In this document: piece after piece, positions 26,045 to 34,432 of the stretch | Layout of the letters: each line of letters begins with the position of its first letter | Numbering within the stretch: position 1 is the stretch's first letter | Assembly: GCA_003482905.1 (NCBI GenBank) | Contig: DMXM01000029.1 | Span: forward strand, 41,108-105,107 | Length of the DNA: 64,000 bases | Reading direction: 5' to 3' | Source of the DNA: Elusimicrobiota bacterium | Lineage (GTDB): Bacteria > Elusimicrobiota > Elusimicrobia > Elusimicrobiales > UBA9959 | Program-made: the position numbers and the translations under genes | The notes under the pieces: model-generated | The model's database searches: none | Seen by the model: the letters and a program-made list of their open reading frames with translations, nothing else | What the model was told of the DNA's origin: nothing

Positions 26045-27168
26045 GCCGACAACTGCGCCAGCCAGCCTCCAGCGCGAACCACCGAAACTCCGCTCTCTTC
26101 CCGCTCGTTTCGGGCATTGTGCACCAGCTGCACCGCTTTTATACCCGGATAACGGCGCTTATAGTAGATCAGGGCGCGGCTTACCATTTCTTCGGAAAGT
26201 TTAACCTCTATAAAATGGGTCAATTCGCCTTTTTCGGCAAGGGCGAAATCCAGCTCTTTCCCGTCTTTTGTGCGGATATAGTGAAGGGAAACGTCCAGCC
26301 CCTGTGTATCCTGAAGATATTGCGCGTGTTTCAGAAGCGATACCGCCACGGTATTCTCAAGCCGCACCCCTTCGTCGCCCTCAACATAACCGCTGTCGTA
26401 AAAATATATTTTAGGTTCTTTAAGCAGGGACCTCGCTATGTTCTTGTGGAACGGACGCACAGCAAAGACAATATGCAGGCTTTCAAGTATTTCCATGTAC
26501 TTGCGCACGGTATTCGGAGCCACCTGCAGATCCCCAGCGAGCGAGGTATAGGACAACGGCGAGCCCACGCGCTTGCGCAGCATTTCCAGCAGCAGCCGTA
26601 TTGCGCGTATTTCGCCTATGCGGCTGAAATCCATTATATCCTCACGGACGAGGTCCGTGTAGTATTGCCTGCGCCAGCGGTTGGCCTCGGTATCGGAGGC
26701 GGAGAGGAAGGGCTCAGGGAAACCGCCCAGCCGATTAAGCGCCGAAAGCGCCACGTAGGGCGGCATGCTGCCGGAAAGTTCTTTTACCGAAAGCGGATTT
26801 AATCTGTACAGGAAATAGCGGCCAGCCAGGGAATCCCCGGTCTGCCGGAAAGTATCCAATCTGGCGCTGCCGGTAACAAGAAAAGACTGCCTGTCCGGGC
26901 GGGTGTCGAAAGTCCCCTTAAGGAACGCCTTCCAGCCTTTCATTTTATGAATTTCGTCCAGTATAACCAGCTCCGCGTCTAGCGGCCAGGCGCGCTTGCT
27001 GATAATTTTAATGTCGGAGATATCGTCCTGGTTAAGATATATCGTCTTTTTAAATTCTCCCTGTATGCTTTTTGAAAAATACGTTTTCCCCACCTGCCGC
27101 GGGCCTGTAATAAACACCATTTTTTTTCGCAAATCGCCAACAATATAGCTATGAATATAGCGTTCCAT
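26041..27168 (-). CDS. AAA-family ATP-binding protein (AAA_14 plus DUF4143-like nuclease-fold C-terminus)
   Basis: ITGPRQVGKT, LDEIHK, VTGSARLD, SLAGR, GGFPEP, KIYFYDSG, ELDF...IEVK. Confidence 0.85.
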   Translation of the reverse strand: MERYIHSYIVGDLRKKMVFITGPRQVGKTYFSKSIQGEFKKTIYLNQDDISDIKIISKRAWPLDAELVILDEIHKMKGWKAFLKGTFDTRPDRQSFLVTGSARLDTFRQTGDSLAGRYFLYRLNPLSVKELSGSMPPYVALSALNRLGGFPEPFLSASDTEANRWRRQYYTDLVREDIMDFSRIGEIRAIRLLLEMLRKRVGSPLSYTSLAGDLQVAPNTVRKYMEILESLHIVFAVRPFHKNIARSLLKEPKIYFYDSGYVEGDEGVRLENTVAVSLLKHAQYLQDTQGLDVSLHYIRTKDGKELDFALAEKGELTHFIEVKLSEEMVSRALIYYKRRYPGIKAVQLVHNARNEREESGVSVVRAGGWLAQLSA

Positions 27169-27173
27169 ATAGT

Positions 27174-27203
27174 ATGTTATGCTTATCTATGCCGTTTAGT
27201 CAA
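27174..27203 (-). promoter_or_regulatory. Candidate sigma-70 promoter, leaderless arrangement
   Basis: TTGACT-18 nt-TAACAT-5 nt-ATG(27168); no RBS. Confidence 0.45.
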
Positions 27204-27334
27204 GACTTTCGTGCATTTAGATGAATTATAGCCATAGCCCTAAAACGACATAGATACTGCTCTTTAGAGGACACATTGCTGATGTGCCGTCTATGACTTA
27301 ATTGTTCAATAGATATCAGTGCGCCTTTTTGATC

Positions 27335-29014
27335 TCACGGCCAGGCCTGATCGCTGGGCTTTTGCTCGTTCCACGAGTCCTTTATCAGCACAACGTTCAA
27401 TGTAGGCAGCTTCAGCTTGGCGTCGTAGAAGACCATTGTATTGCCGGCGCCGGAAACGTTGCCCTCCACCCACATGGCACCATATATATCCGAGTCTCCG
27501 GTGCGGTTGAAGTCCCCACCCACATAGAGGAAGCCGTAAACACCCAGGTCCGCGCCCAGCGGGCCGCCTTCGCAGGTGACGCCGCAGGAACCCAGCGTAT
27601 AGGTGGCTGCATTGCTCTTAAGCCCGGTGTCCCCGGGATACTGATTGGTGGAAACGGTGTCTATTTTCTGATACTCCTTCCAGGCGGCCGGCGGGACAGG
27701 CAGCGGATCGCTGGGGGAATAGTTGTCGCCGCCCGATACCCCCAGGTCTCCGCGCACTATAACGGTGCCGCGCAGGCCGTTGCGCCCGGTCCAGTTCACG
27801 TTGTTGTCCCAGTACCAGGTATAGTCCTTGTTGCGCAGGGTGCTATCATCGTAAATATTCTGCACGGAGCAGTTGGTGCAGCCGGAACCGCCGTATGAGC
27901 AGCTGATTGGCCCGCCGTAGTAGGAGGAATAGCAGCAGTTCATGCCGGTGCTGGTGGTGGTAACAGTAGTGGTAACCACGGCCCAGCCGGTAACGCTGCA
28001 GCCGCAGTTGCCCCCGCTGTCGAAACAGCCGGCACCGGTACATGTTTTCTCCGTACAGTCGCAGTTGGCCCCTTCGTCGTCGCAGCCGTAGCCGGTACAC
28101 ACTATCCCAGCGCCGCTGCCTGTGCATGTACAATGGCTCCCGCTATCCGAACAACCGCTGCCGTCGCAATGCTTCTGCACGCAATCGCAATTGTCTCCTT
28201 CGTCGTCGCAGTCGCTGTTTACGCAGGTATTAATAGGCTGATTGGAGGTAGTATAGGTGGTGGAGGTGACGTTAACATCGTCGCAGTTCAGCGTGCCGGT
28301 GGCGGCGGCGGAGGCCTTCATGGTGGTAAAATCGAACTGCGGCAATTCAGGCACGTCGTAATCAGACCACCACTCAAGGCCGTCCGTGTTCGGCGGATTC
28401 ACATCATTGGTGGGATCGAAAGGCTTAACGGTCTGCCTTGAAAGTTTGCGCGGGAACCCGTTGCTAAGACCGCCGCCGGAAACGGTGATATCACCCATGG
28501 CCAGCACCGGGCCCCAGTGCACCACGGAGGCGCCGGTGGCGCTCATGTTTGCGCCGGTTATAATGGCGCCCAGAACGCTGGTGTTCTGAAAAACGGCCTT
28601 TATGGCCCTGGTCTCGCTGCCGGAGGCGTTGCGCCCCTCTCCCACCACGGTTATCTGGTCCGCCGCCGGACCGGAACAGACATAAACACGGTAAGTTCCT
28701 CCCGGCAGGTCCCTGTAGGTGGCGTCGAAAAGGTAGCCGGCGATGGCGCCGCCGGCGTTTACTTGCGAGAATGTGGAAGTGGAGCTCTTCACCTTCCAGT
28801 AGCCCCGGTCCACGGCAGACTCCGCCAGGTTGAAAGCCGTGCTCGATCCCTGGTCCTTTACGGAGATCTTCGTGTCGTCCTGCACCCACTTCACCATCAC
28901 CGGCACTATGATTAAAAGCAACAGCAGGATCATTACGACAGCCGGCAGAAGAAAACCGCGGCGCTTCACCAGAGGCACAGGCCCCAAAACCCGCTGTAAT
29001 AAATTGATTGTCAT
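27335..29014 (-). CDS. PilX-like minor pilin/adhesin with Cys-rich insertion
   Basis: KRRG|FLLPAVVMILLLL prepilin-like N-terminus without Glu5; AFNLAESAVDRG PilX_N-type helix; C-terminal SWNEQ. Confidence 0.7.
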   Translation of the reverse strand: MTINLLQRVLGPVPLVKRRGFLLPAVVMILLLLLIIVPVMVKWVQDDTKISVKDQGSSTAFNLAESAVDRGYWKVKSSTSTFSQVNAGGAIAGYLFDATYRDLPGGTYRVYVCSGPAADQITVVGEGRNASGSETRAIKAVFQNTSVLGAIITGANMSATGASVVHWGPVLAMGDITVSGGGLSNGFPRKLSRQTVKPFDPTNDVNPPNTDGLEWWSDYDVPELPQFDFTTMKASAAATGTLNCDDVNVTSTTYTTSNQPINTCVNSDCDDEGDNCDCVQKHCDGSGCSDSGSHCTCTGSGAGIVCTGYGCDDEGANCDCTEKTCTGAGCFDSGGNCGCSVTGWAVVTTTVTTTSTGMNCCYSSYYGGPISCSYGGSGCTNCSVQNIYDDSTLRNKDYTWYWDNNVNWTGRNGLRGTVIVRGDLGVSGGDNYSPSDPLPVPPAAWKEYQKIDTVSTNQYPGDTGLKSNAATYTLGSCGVTCEGGPLGADLGVYGFLYVGGDFNRTGDSDIYGAMWVEGNVSGAGNTMVFYDAKLKLPTLNVVLIKDSWNEQKPSDQAWP

Positions 29015-29027
29015 AAGCGCCGCCCCC

Positions 29028-29531
29028 TTATTCGTTCATTATCCTGACCTTTTCCGAGGCCATATGCAGGGCCTTTTTGCGACCCTCGAATATGTTTTTT
29101 TCCATGGTAAGGGACACCGAGATTATACCCATATCGTCGGACCTGGGGAAAGTGAAAGCCAGATATTTGAGATTCCTGGAAAGCGGCCTCTTGCCCGTAC
29201 CCATGGCCTGATACAGGATGGTCCCTTCCTGCTGGAAGGTCATGACCGTGCCCTGCTCCTTTGTGAAGGTTATCTTGGAGTAAAAAGGCTGGCTGGTATC
29301 CGCCCGGCTTAATGTGATGCTGGCGGCCGTGGCCTGGCGCAGGTTGCGCGTAACCACGTACATTACGGCGCGCGCCTCCTGCTGCAGCTCCACCCGGGTA
29401 CGGTTCATTATGAACTGACGGTTGACCTGCAAAAGTATGGGCGCGGCCACGGCAAAAAGGGCCGAGATTATGCCCACCACTATGAGCAGCTCCATCAACG
29501 TAACGCCGCGGCGCAGTCTGAAGGCTACCAT
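29028..29531 (-). CDS. Prepilin-type N-terminal cleavage/methylation protein (PilW-like)
   Basis: RRG|VTLMELLIVVGII; ELQQEARAVM...LRQA. Confidence 0.85.
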   Translation of the reverse strand: MVAFRLRRGVTLMELLIVVGIISALFAVAAPILLQVNRQFIMNRTRVELQQEARAVMYVVTRNLRQATAASITLSRADTSQPFYSKITFTKEQGTVMTFQQEGTILYQAMGTGKRPLSRNLKYLAFTFPRSDDMGIISVSLTMEKNIFEGRKKALHMASEKVRIMNE

Positions 29532-32056
29532 AAGAAGTTCACCCCCGTGGTAGTCTGCCCGGAAACAACGCTGACATTGGCAGTTTTGGTGGAGACGATG
29601 GTGGCCGTAGTCCCGGCCGGGGTCGGGTAATAGGCATACACGTTGTAGAGGGTGCTGGTGCTGCCGCGAACTTCGGCGGTATAGGTTCCGTCCTCCATGC
29701 TGGAAACCAGGTAGTAAGGTGTGTCGGCAAGGGTCGCGGCGCTTAAATCGGGCGGTGCCGGGGGCGTCCCGGTGAGATTGGCCGCGGTCACAACTATAAG
29801 AACCCCCGTCTTTATGGGCAGGCCGCCAGATCTGACGGCGCCGGTTACGTAGCCCATAGCTCCTGAGACGGTGAAAGTATCTGAGAATACGGTAAGCCCC
29901 GGGGTATCAAGTGTCTCCATGACAGAATCCGGGCTGACCAGTTCATGCGACCCTACCGAAGGCCGGACGAAGTAGAGGCCGGTGCTGACATTGACGGAGG
30001 TAAAACGCCCGTCAAGGCCGCTTACCTGCTGATCCCTGGCTATGCCGTTGGAATCGACTATCGCCACCGCCACCCCCGGCAGCGGATTAATGCCGTCCCT
30101 GGTTATAAAGCCGCTCACCCTGCTGCCCTGGTATAGTATAAAATCAACCCCAGAATGCACCTCACCGGCCGCTATGGGAATGGTGTTGGACGATTGCGTG
30201 ACGTAGAGCGCGTTGCCGGCGCTGACCGGGTTGGCGGTAACGTCCACCAGGCCCGGCATTACCCTCAGGGTGTAGCGGCCATTTGATGTACTGGCACCGG
30301 TAGGAGAGCCCATGGCGCCGGGAGTCACCACTATGGCCGGGCTGATGGGTAAACTGTAAGCGTTAAGAACCCTGCCGGTGATCAATCCCTCTGATATCTC
30401 TTGCGAGAGGAAAGTGGTGCTGCTGGGAAAAAGATAAACGTCTCCGGCGGCGGCTATCGTCACGCTGTCAACCTGCAGGCTGTATATCCCGCTGCTTATA
30501 AGCGTGGTCCAGGCGCCGGTGGCCACGTCCACCAGCGTGAAGAAGGCGCTGGGAGGATTGCCCGTAAGCGCGGCCACCGCCGAACCGGAAAGGCCGTCGG
30601 AGCAGGTGACCACCGCGCCGGCCGCCGGCGTGGCGGCTATGGCCGGCTTCGCGGCCGAATCCGTGTTATTGGGCGCATTGAAAGCCGGCTGAAGGCCGTA
30701 AATATCAACGTTATTGTTGTTGGAATCATAGGCCGGACCGTAGGAGGAATCGGCGCCGGCGGGGCTGGGCTTTCTGCAAAAGAATTCATTCCGCTGGAGG
30801 CCGATCCCCTGGTTGTAGCCGTCCGCCTCGTAGAAGGGCGCCGTTTTGCTTTCATTGCTCCTGTCCCAGCCGACCTGGTCGATTATTTTTCCGTCACTGA
30901 CCCTGTAAAGCTCGACCGCGCCGCAGCCTTCGCCGCCGCCGTCCTCTGCCACGGGGATAATGTTGTGCTGGGAAGCGAAATGCGGGAAATCGAATACGGT
31001 GTTCCCGTCGTCCCAGACGGCGTCGGCGTCTATCTCCATGCCGACCGCGCTAATGGTGGTGGTATTCGCGAAAAGATAGAAACCGCCGGGCTGGATCTCG
31101 TCGATAATGTAGCTTAATTGTATCGTGTGCTTGGCCGTATCCACGGCGCGCTGGAATTTAAGGCCGATATTGCCGTCGACGGTCCAGGTATAAGTGGTGG
31201 GATTGTATATCTCCACGTATTCCTGGTCGTAGCCCGCGACGCTGATGGAACTGCCTACTATCTGGCTGATGACCAGATGGTCGGCCAACCAGGCATAACC
31301 GGTAATGGTGCCGGTGGCCATCTTTACCAGGTCAAAAGTCTGGGACTGAGTCTGGTTGGCGCTGATGCTGACGGCGCGCGTCTGCGTGAAATAATTCTTG
31401 GCCGAAGCCACCATGGTGTAATTACCGGGGGAGGCGTTGATATTATACTGTCCGGAAATATTGGCCGTATCGCGCCAGCCGGCGTTCTCCACGGTGCTTA
31501 CCAGCGCGCCGTTGATGGGCGACAGTGTCGAGGAGTCCCGGACCTGGCCGTTAAAAATAGAATTAGACATTACCGTGTCCGGGTTGGACATCATATTGCG
31601 CAGCGTGATCTTCTTTTTGGTCCCGCCCTGCGACCAGACCACGGTAACGGTGATAAGTTTCATGCCGGTATCGGGAATATTTGGGGCCAGCAGAACCATG
31701 CCTCCGGAGTCCTCCCTGGCCACCTGCACATAAGTGTAGCGCGTATAGGTTACCCCGGCCTCGGTCACATTCTCCGGGGGAAAATAGCCGGGGTCATAAT
31801 CTATACTTTGAGGCGCGAAGTCAGTGGTGTTGTGGGCTGGATCCGAGGTAATAAGGACCTGATAATAGACCTTCTGCTTAAGGATCTGCATCTTTTCCTG
31901 GGCCAGGTTGGAAGCGAGCGTGCGGTTCTTGGAGGCCTGTATGGCCTTCTGGATAAAACTGAAAGACCCGGCCAGCCCCACCACGCCTATAGTGAGGACG
32001 GCAAGAGCCACCATCAGCTCTACCAGGGTGACGCCTTTCCTTTTGATAATGGTCAT
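29525..32056 (-). CDS. Large prepilin-type protein (PilV-like) with carboxypeptidase-regulatory-like and lamin-tail-like domains
   Basis: RKG|VTLVELMVAL; ASNLAQEKMQ; repeated GxVxD/N...PI-GA-V...GxY domains; LVISQI...EYVEIYNPT. Start moved to ATG 32056. Confidence 0.8.
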   Translation of the reverse strand: MTIIKRKGVTLVELMVALAVLTIGVVGLAGSFSFIQKAIQASKNRTLASNLAQEKMQILKQKVYYQVLITSDPAHNTTDFAPQSIDYDPGYFPPENVTEAGVTYTRYTYVQVAREDSGGMVLLAPNIPDTGMKLITVTVVWSQGGTKKKITLRNMMSNPDTVMSNSIFNGQVRDSSTLSPINGALVSTVENAGWRDTANISGQYNINASPGNYTMVASAKNYFTQTRAVSISANQTQSQTFDLVKMATGTITGYAWLADHLVISQIVGSSISVAGYDQEYVEIYNPTTYTWTVDGNIGLKFQRAVDTAKHTIQLSYIIDEIQPGGFYLFANTTTISAVGMEIDADAVWDDGNTVFDFPHFASQHNIIPVAEDGGGEGCGAVELYRVSDGKIIDQVGWDRSNESKTAPFYEADGYNQGIGLQRNEFFCRKPSPAGADSSYGPAYDSNNNNVDIYGLQPAFNAPNNTDSAAKPAIAATPAAGAVVTCSDGLSGSAVAALTGNPPSAFFTLVDVATGAWTTLISSGIYSLQVDSVTIAAAGDVYLFPSSTTFLSQEISEGLITGRVLNAYSLPISPAIVVTPGAMGSPTGASTSNGRYTLRVMPGLVDVTANPVSAGNALYVTQSSNTIPIAAGEVHSGVDFILYQGSRVSGFITRDGINPLPGVAVAIVDSNGIARDQQVSGLDGRFTSVNVSTGLYFVRPSVGSHELVSPDSVMETLDTPGLTVFSDTFTVSGAMGYVTGAVRSGGLPIKTGVLIVVTAANLTGTPPAPPDLSAATLADTPYYLVSSMEDGTYTAEVRGSTSTLYNVYAYYPTPAGTTATIVSTKTANVSVVSGQTTTGVNFLW

Positions 32057-32183
32057 AAATCGAACAATAGTCTGCACATATTCTACCAGATGGGGCTAAT
32101 GAAAAAGTCAGAGAAATATCAAATTTAGGCCAAACCTTCAGTAGGGGCAGGAATCTATGCCTCTGTCCCTTCCTCTCCCGGTC

Positions 32184-32993
32184 CTACGGATAGGAGCCAG
32201 CGTCCTCTTCGGCCGGGGCTTCCCGGCCGGTGGACTGGGCGCCGGCCGGTTCGTCGACCATAATGTCTTCGACCGGAGGTTCGGCTACACGGGCCTTCTT
32301 CTTCAGCACGCGCCTCTTTCTGGGAGCGGGCCGGGCAGCGGCGGGATCCCTGTCCACCATCACCTGGCCGGCCTCTTCCTCCGCGGCGCCGGAGACGGTG
32401 GCCGGAGCGGCCGGGGCGGAGGCCCGGATCTTTTTGCGCCGCAGCACGCGCTTCTTCTTAAGGGGCTTGACGGAGCCGTCCCAGTCCAGCGGCCGCGCCG
32501 GCTCTACGGCGGGGGCTTCCGGCCTTGGGGCCGGCTTCCTTTTTGCCGCCTCCAACCCGTCATAATTCTGGCGCTGGTCGTCGTCCAGGAATTCGCGCAC
32601 GGTATCCGGTATGCCGCTGTTTATTTTCTGCATGGCGTGGCGGGAATCGTTCATTTTATAGCGCCACTTTTTCTCCTGCGCGGCGCTTTTGAGGTAATCC
32701 GCCATCAGCTCGTCGAACTCTTCCGCCTTTCTGTCCACAGCGGCGGTTATGCGCTCCTCCTGTTTGGAACTGAGACGCAGGGGCGTGGCTATTTCCGCCA
32801 TTATCCCGGCGGCGTCAGGGCGCTGCACCGGCGCCGCGTTCGGTTCGCCGGCTTGCTCCGTTCCGTTCAACCCCATGTCCTCATCCTTCGCCTCGCTCAA
32901 AGCAGGCGGAAGATCCGGGTCGTACCCGGGGGCCTCCTGGGCAAAAGCCCAGGCCGGAAGCGCCAGCAGCGCTGAAATAATAAATTTTTTCAT
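32184..32993 (-). CDS. Exported hypothetical protein, Spy/CpxP-like helical core with basic low-complexity tail
   Basis: Signal peptide; LRLSSKQ and FLDDDQ resemble LTxxQ motifs. Confidence 0.55.
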   Translation of the reverse strand: MKKFIISALLALPAWAFAQEAPGYDPDLPPALSEAKDEDMGLNGTEQAGEPNAAPVQRPDAAGIMAEIATPLRLSSKQEERITAAVDRKAEEFDELMADYLKSAAQEKKWRYKMNDSRHAMQKINSGIPDTVREFLDDDQRQNYDGLEAAKRKPAPRPEAPAVEPARPLDWDGSVKPLKKKRVLRRKKIRASAPAAPATVSGAAEEEAGQVMVDRDPAAARPAPRKRRVLKKKARVAEPPVEDIMVDEPAGAQSTGREAPAEEDAGSYP

Positions 32994-33023
32994 CCATTTC
33001 TCCTAAGTTGCAAATTACGTCCG

Positions 33024-34295
33024 CTATACAAGATCGGCTATAGCCACGCGGCTGGTATGTTCAGTGCGGCCCCAGAAATCCGTGCCGCGCAGCACCCCGG
33101 CCACAAAGACCGGCAGGCGCAGTACCCCCAGCGCCGGCTGCAGAAAATACGCCAGCAGCAGGTCCAACGGCGCGCCCTCCAGGACCAGCGCCACGGCGGG
33201 ATAAAGCACCAGAGGCAGAAGCGCCAGCGCCTTTACGGCGTGCTCCGCCCCCGGCAGGCCACCATAAAACCAGACCAGCAGATTGAACGAATCGCGGCTG
33301 GCCCACATAAGGCCGGCCCCGGCGGCCACTATCACAAAGCGGTAGGTCTGCGCGCTGTAAAGCGCCCCCTCTAAAGCGCGCGCGTCTCCGCGCAGCAGCG
33401 CCCTGGCGGCCAGGCCGGGCAGGTGCCGGCGCGCGGTGTCCAGCGAGCCCCGCGTCCAGCGTATGGTGCGCCGCAGGTACTGGCGCAGCGTGTCGGGTTC
33501 CTCGTCGTAAACCACCGCTTCCCGCGCCCAGCGGATGCGCACGCCGTGGCGTATCAGGCGCATCTGCATTTCCAGGTCCTCGGTCAGGCAGGTTTCGTCC
33601 CAATGGAATTTCCGGGCTATGCCGGCCGTAAAACACATGCCTTTACCATGCAGCGTGGCGGACAGCCCGAGAGCCTGTTTGGGCAGCTGGAAGAACCTGT
33701 TGGAGACCAGGTGCCCGGCGGCCAGTATTTTAGCCAGCCAGGTGGAACTGTTCTTGGCCAGCTGGCGGCCCTGCACCGCCTCGGCCCCGGCCTCGATATG
33801 GGCGTTCATTACCGAAAGGAAAGCCGGGTGGGCCAGCGAGTCGGCGTCAAAATAGCAAAAAGCGTCATAGCCGCCGCGAACCGGAGGTTCAACCTCCGTT
33901 GGAGGTTGAACCTCCGAAAACAGTATTTTATGCGTGGCCCACTTAAGAGCACGGCCTTTGCCGGCTTTCAGGCCCGGGCCGCTATGGTCCAGAATTTTTG
34001 CCCCGGCGCCGGCCGCGGCCGCGGCCGTTGCGTCGGTGCAATGGTCGGCGATGACGAAAATATCGAAGAGCTCTTCGGGATAATCCAGGCGCTTCAGGCT
34101 GTCCACGGCCAGGGCGATCCCGCCCTCCTCGTTATAGGCCGGCAGCAGCAGAGCGAAGCGGCGCCGCTTAAGCGGCTGCGGCGGCCTGGCGCAGGACCAG
34201 AATCCCCTGAAGCTCAGCAGCAGGTAGAAGAGCCCGGTCAGGAAGAGAAAGACCTGGGCCAGGTTAGACAGGACCGCGGCTATGATTTTCCACAT
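33024..34295 (-). CDS. Membrane glycosyltransferase family 2 (cellulose-synthase-like)
   Basis: LLPAYNEE, ADHCTD, GKGRAL, FDAD, LTED, RRTIRW (QxxRW variant), flanking hydrophobic helices. Confidence 0.9.
   Translation of the reverse strand: MWKIIAAVLSNLAQVFLFLTGLFYLLLSFRGFWSCARPPQPLKRRRFALLLPAYNEEGGIALAVDSLKRLDYPEELFDIFVIADHCTDATAAAAAGAGAKILDHSGPGLKAGKGRALKWATHKILFSEVQPPTEVEPPVRGGYDAFCYFDADSLAHPAFLSVMNAHIEAGAEAVQGRQLAKNSSTWLAKILAAGHLVSNRFFQLPKQALGLSATLHGKGMCFTAGIARKFHWDETCLTEDLEMQMRLIRHGVRIRWAREAVVYDEEPDTLRQYLRRTIRWTRGSLDTARRHLPGLAARALLRGDARALEGALYSAQTYRFVIVAAGAGLMWASRDSFNLLVWFYGGLPGAEHAVKALALLPLVLYPAVALVLEGAPLDLLLAYFLQPALGVLRLPVFVAGVLRGTDFWGRTEHTSRVAIADLV
33882..33916. repeat. REP-like palindromic doublet inside the GT2 coding sequence
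   Basis: CGGAGGTTCAACCTCC-gtt-GGAGGTTGAACCTCCG: perfect 16-bp inverted repeat whose arms are themselves palindromic. Confidence 0.75.
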
Positions 34296-34397
34296 AATCT
34301 GTCCGCCGGGCGCGCTGAAGCGCTCCGGCTATGGATATCGTTAAATTATACACAAAAAAAACACGAAGCGTGGCCGCGCGCGCGCTTTAGCGGCGCA

Positions 34398-34426
34398 TTG
34401 ACTTAAGCGGATTTCAGTGTTATATT
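34398..34426 (+). promoter_or_regulatory. Sigma-70 promoter, leaderless arrangement
   Basis: TTGACT-17 nt-TATATT with extended TG, 6 nt before ATG 34433; no RBS. Confidence 0.65.
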
Positions 34427-34432
34427 ATTGTT

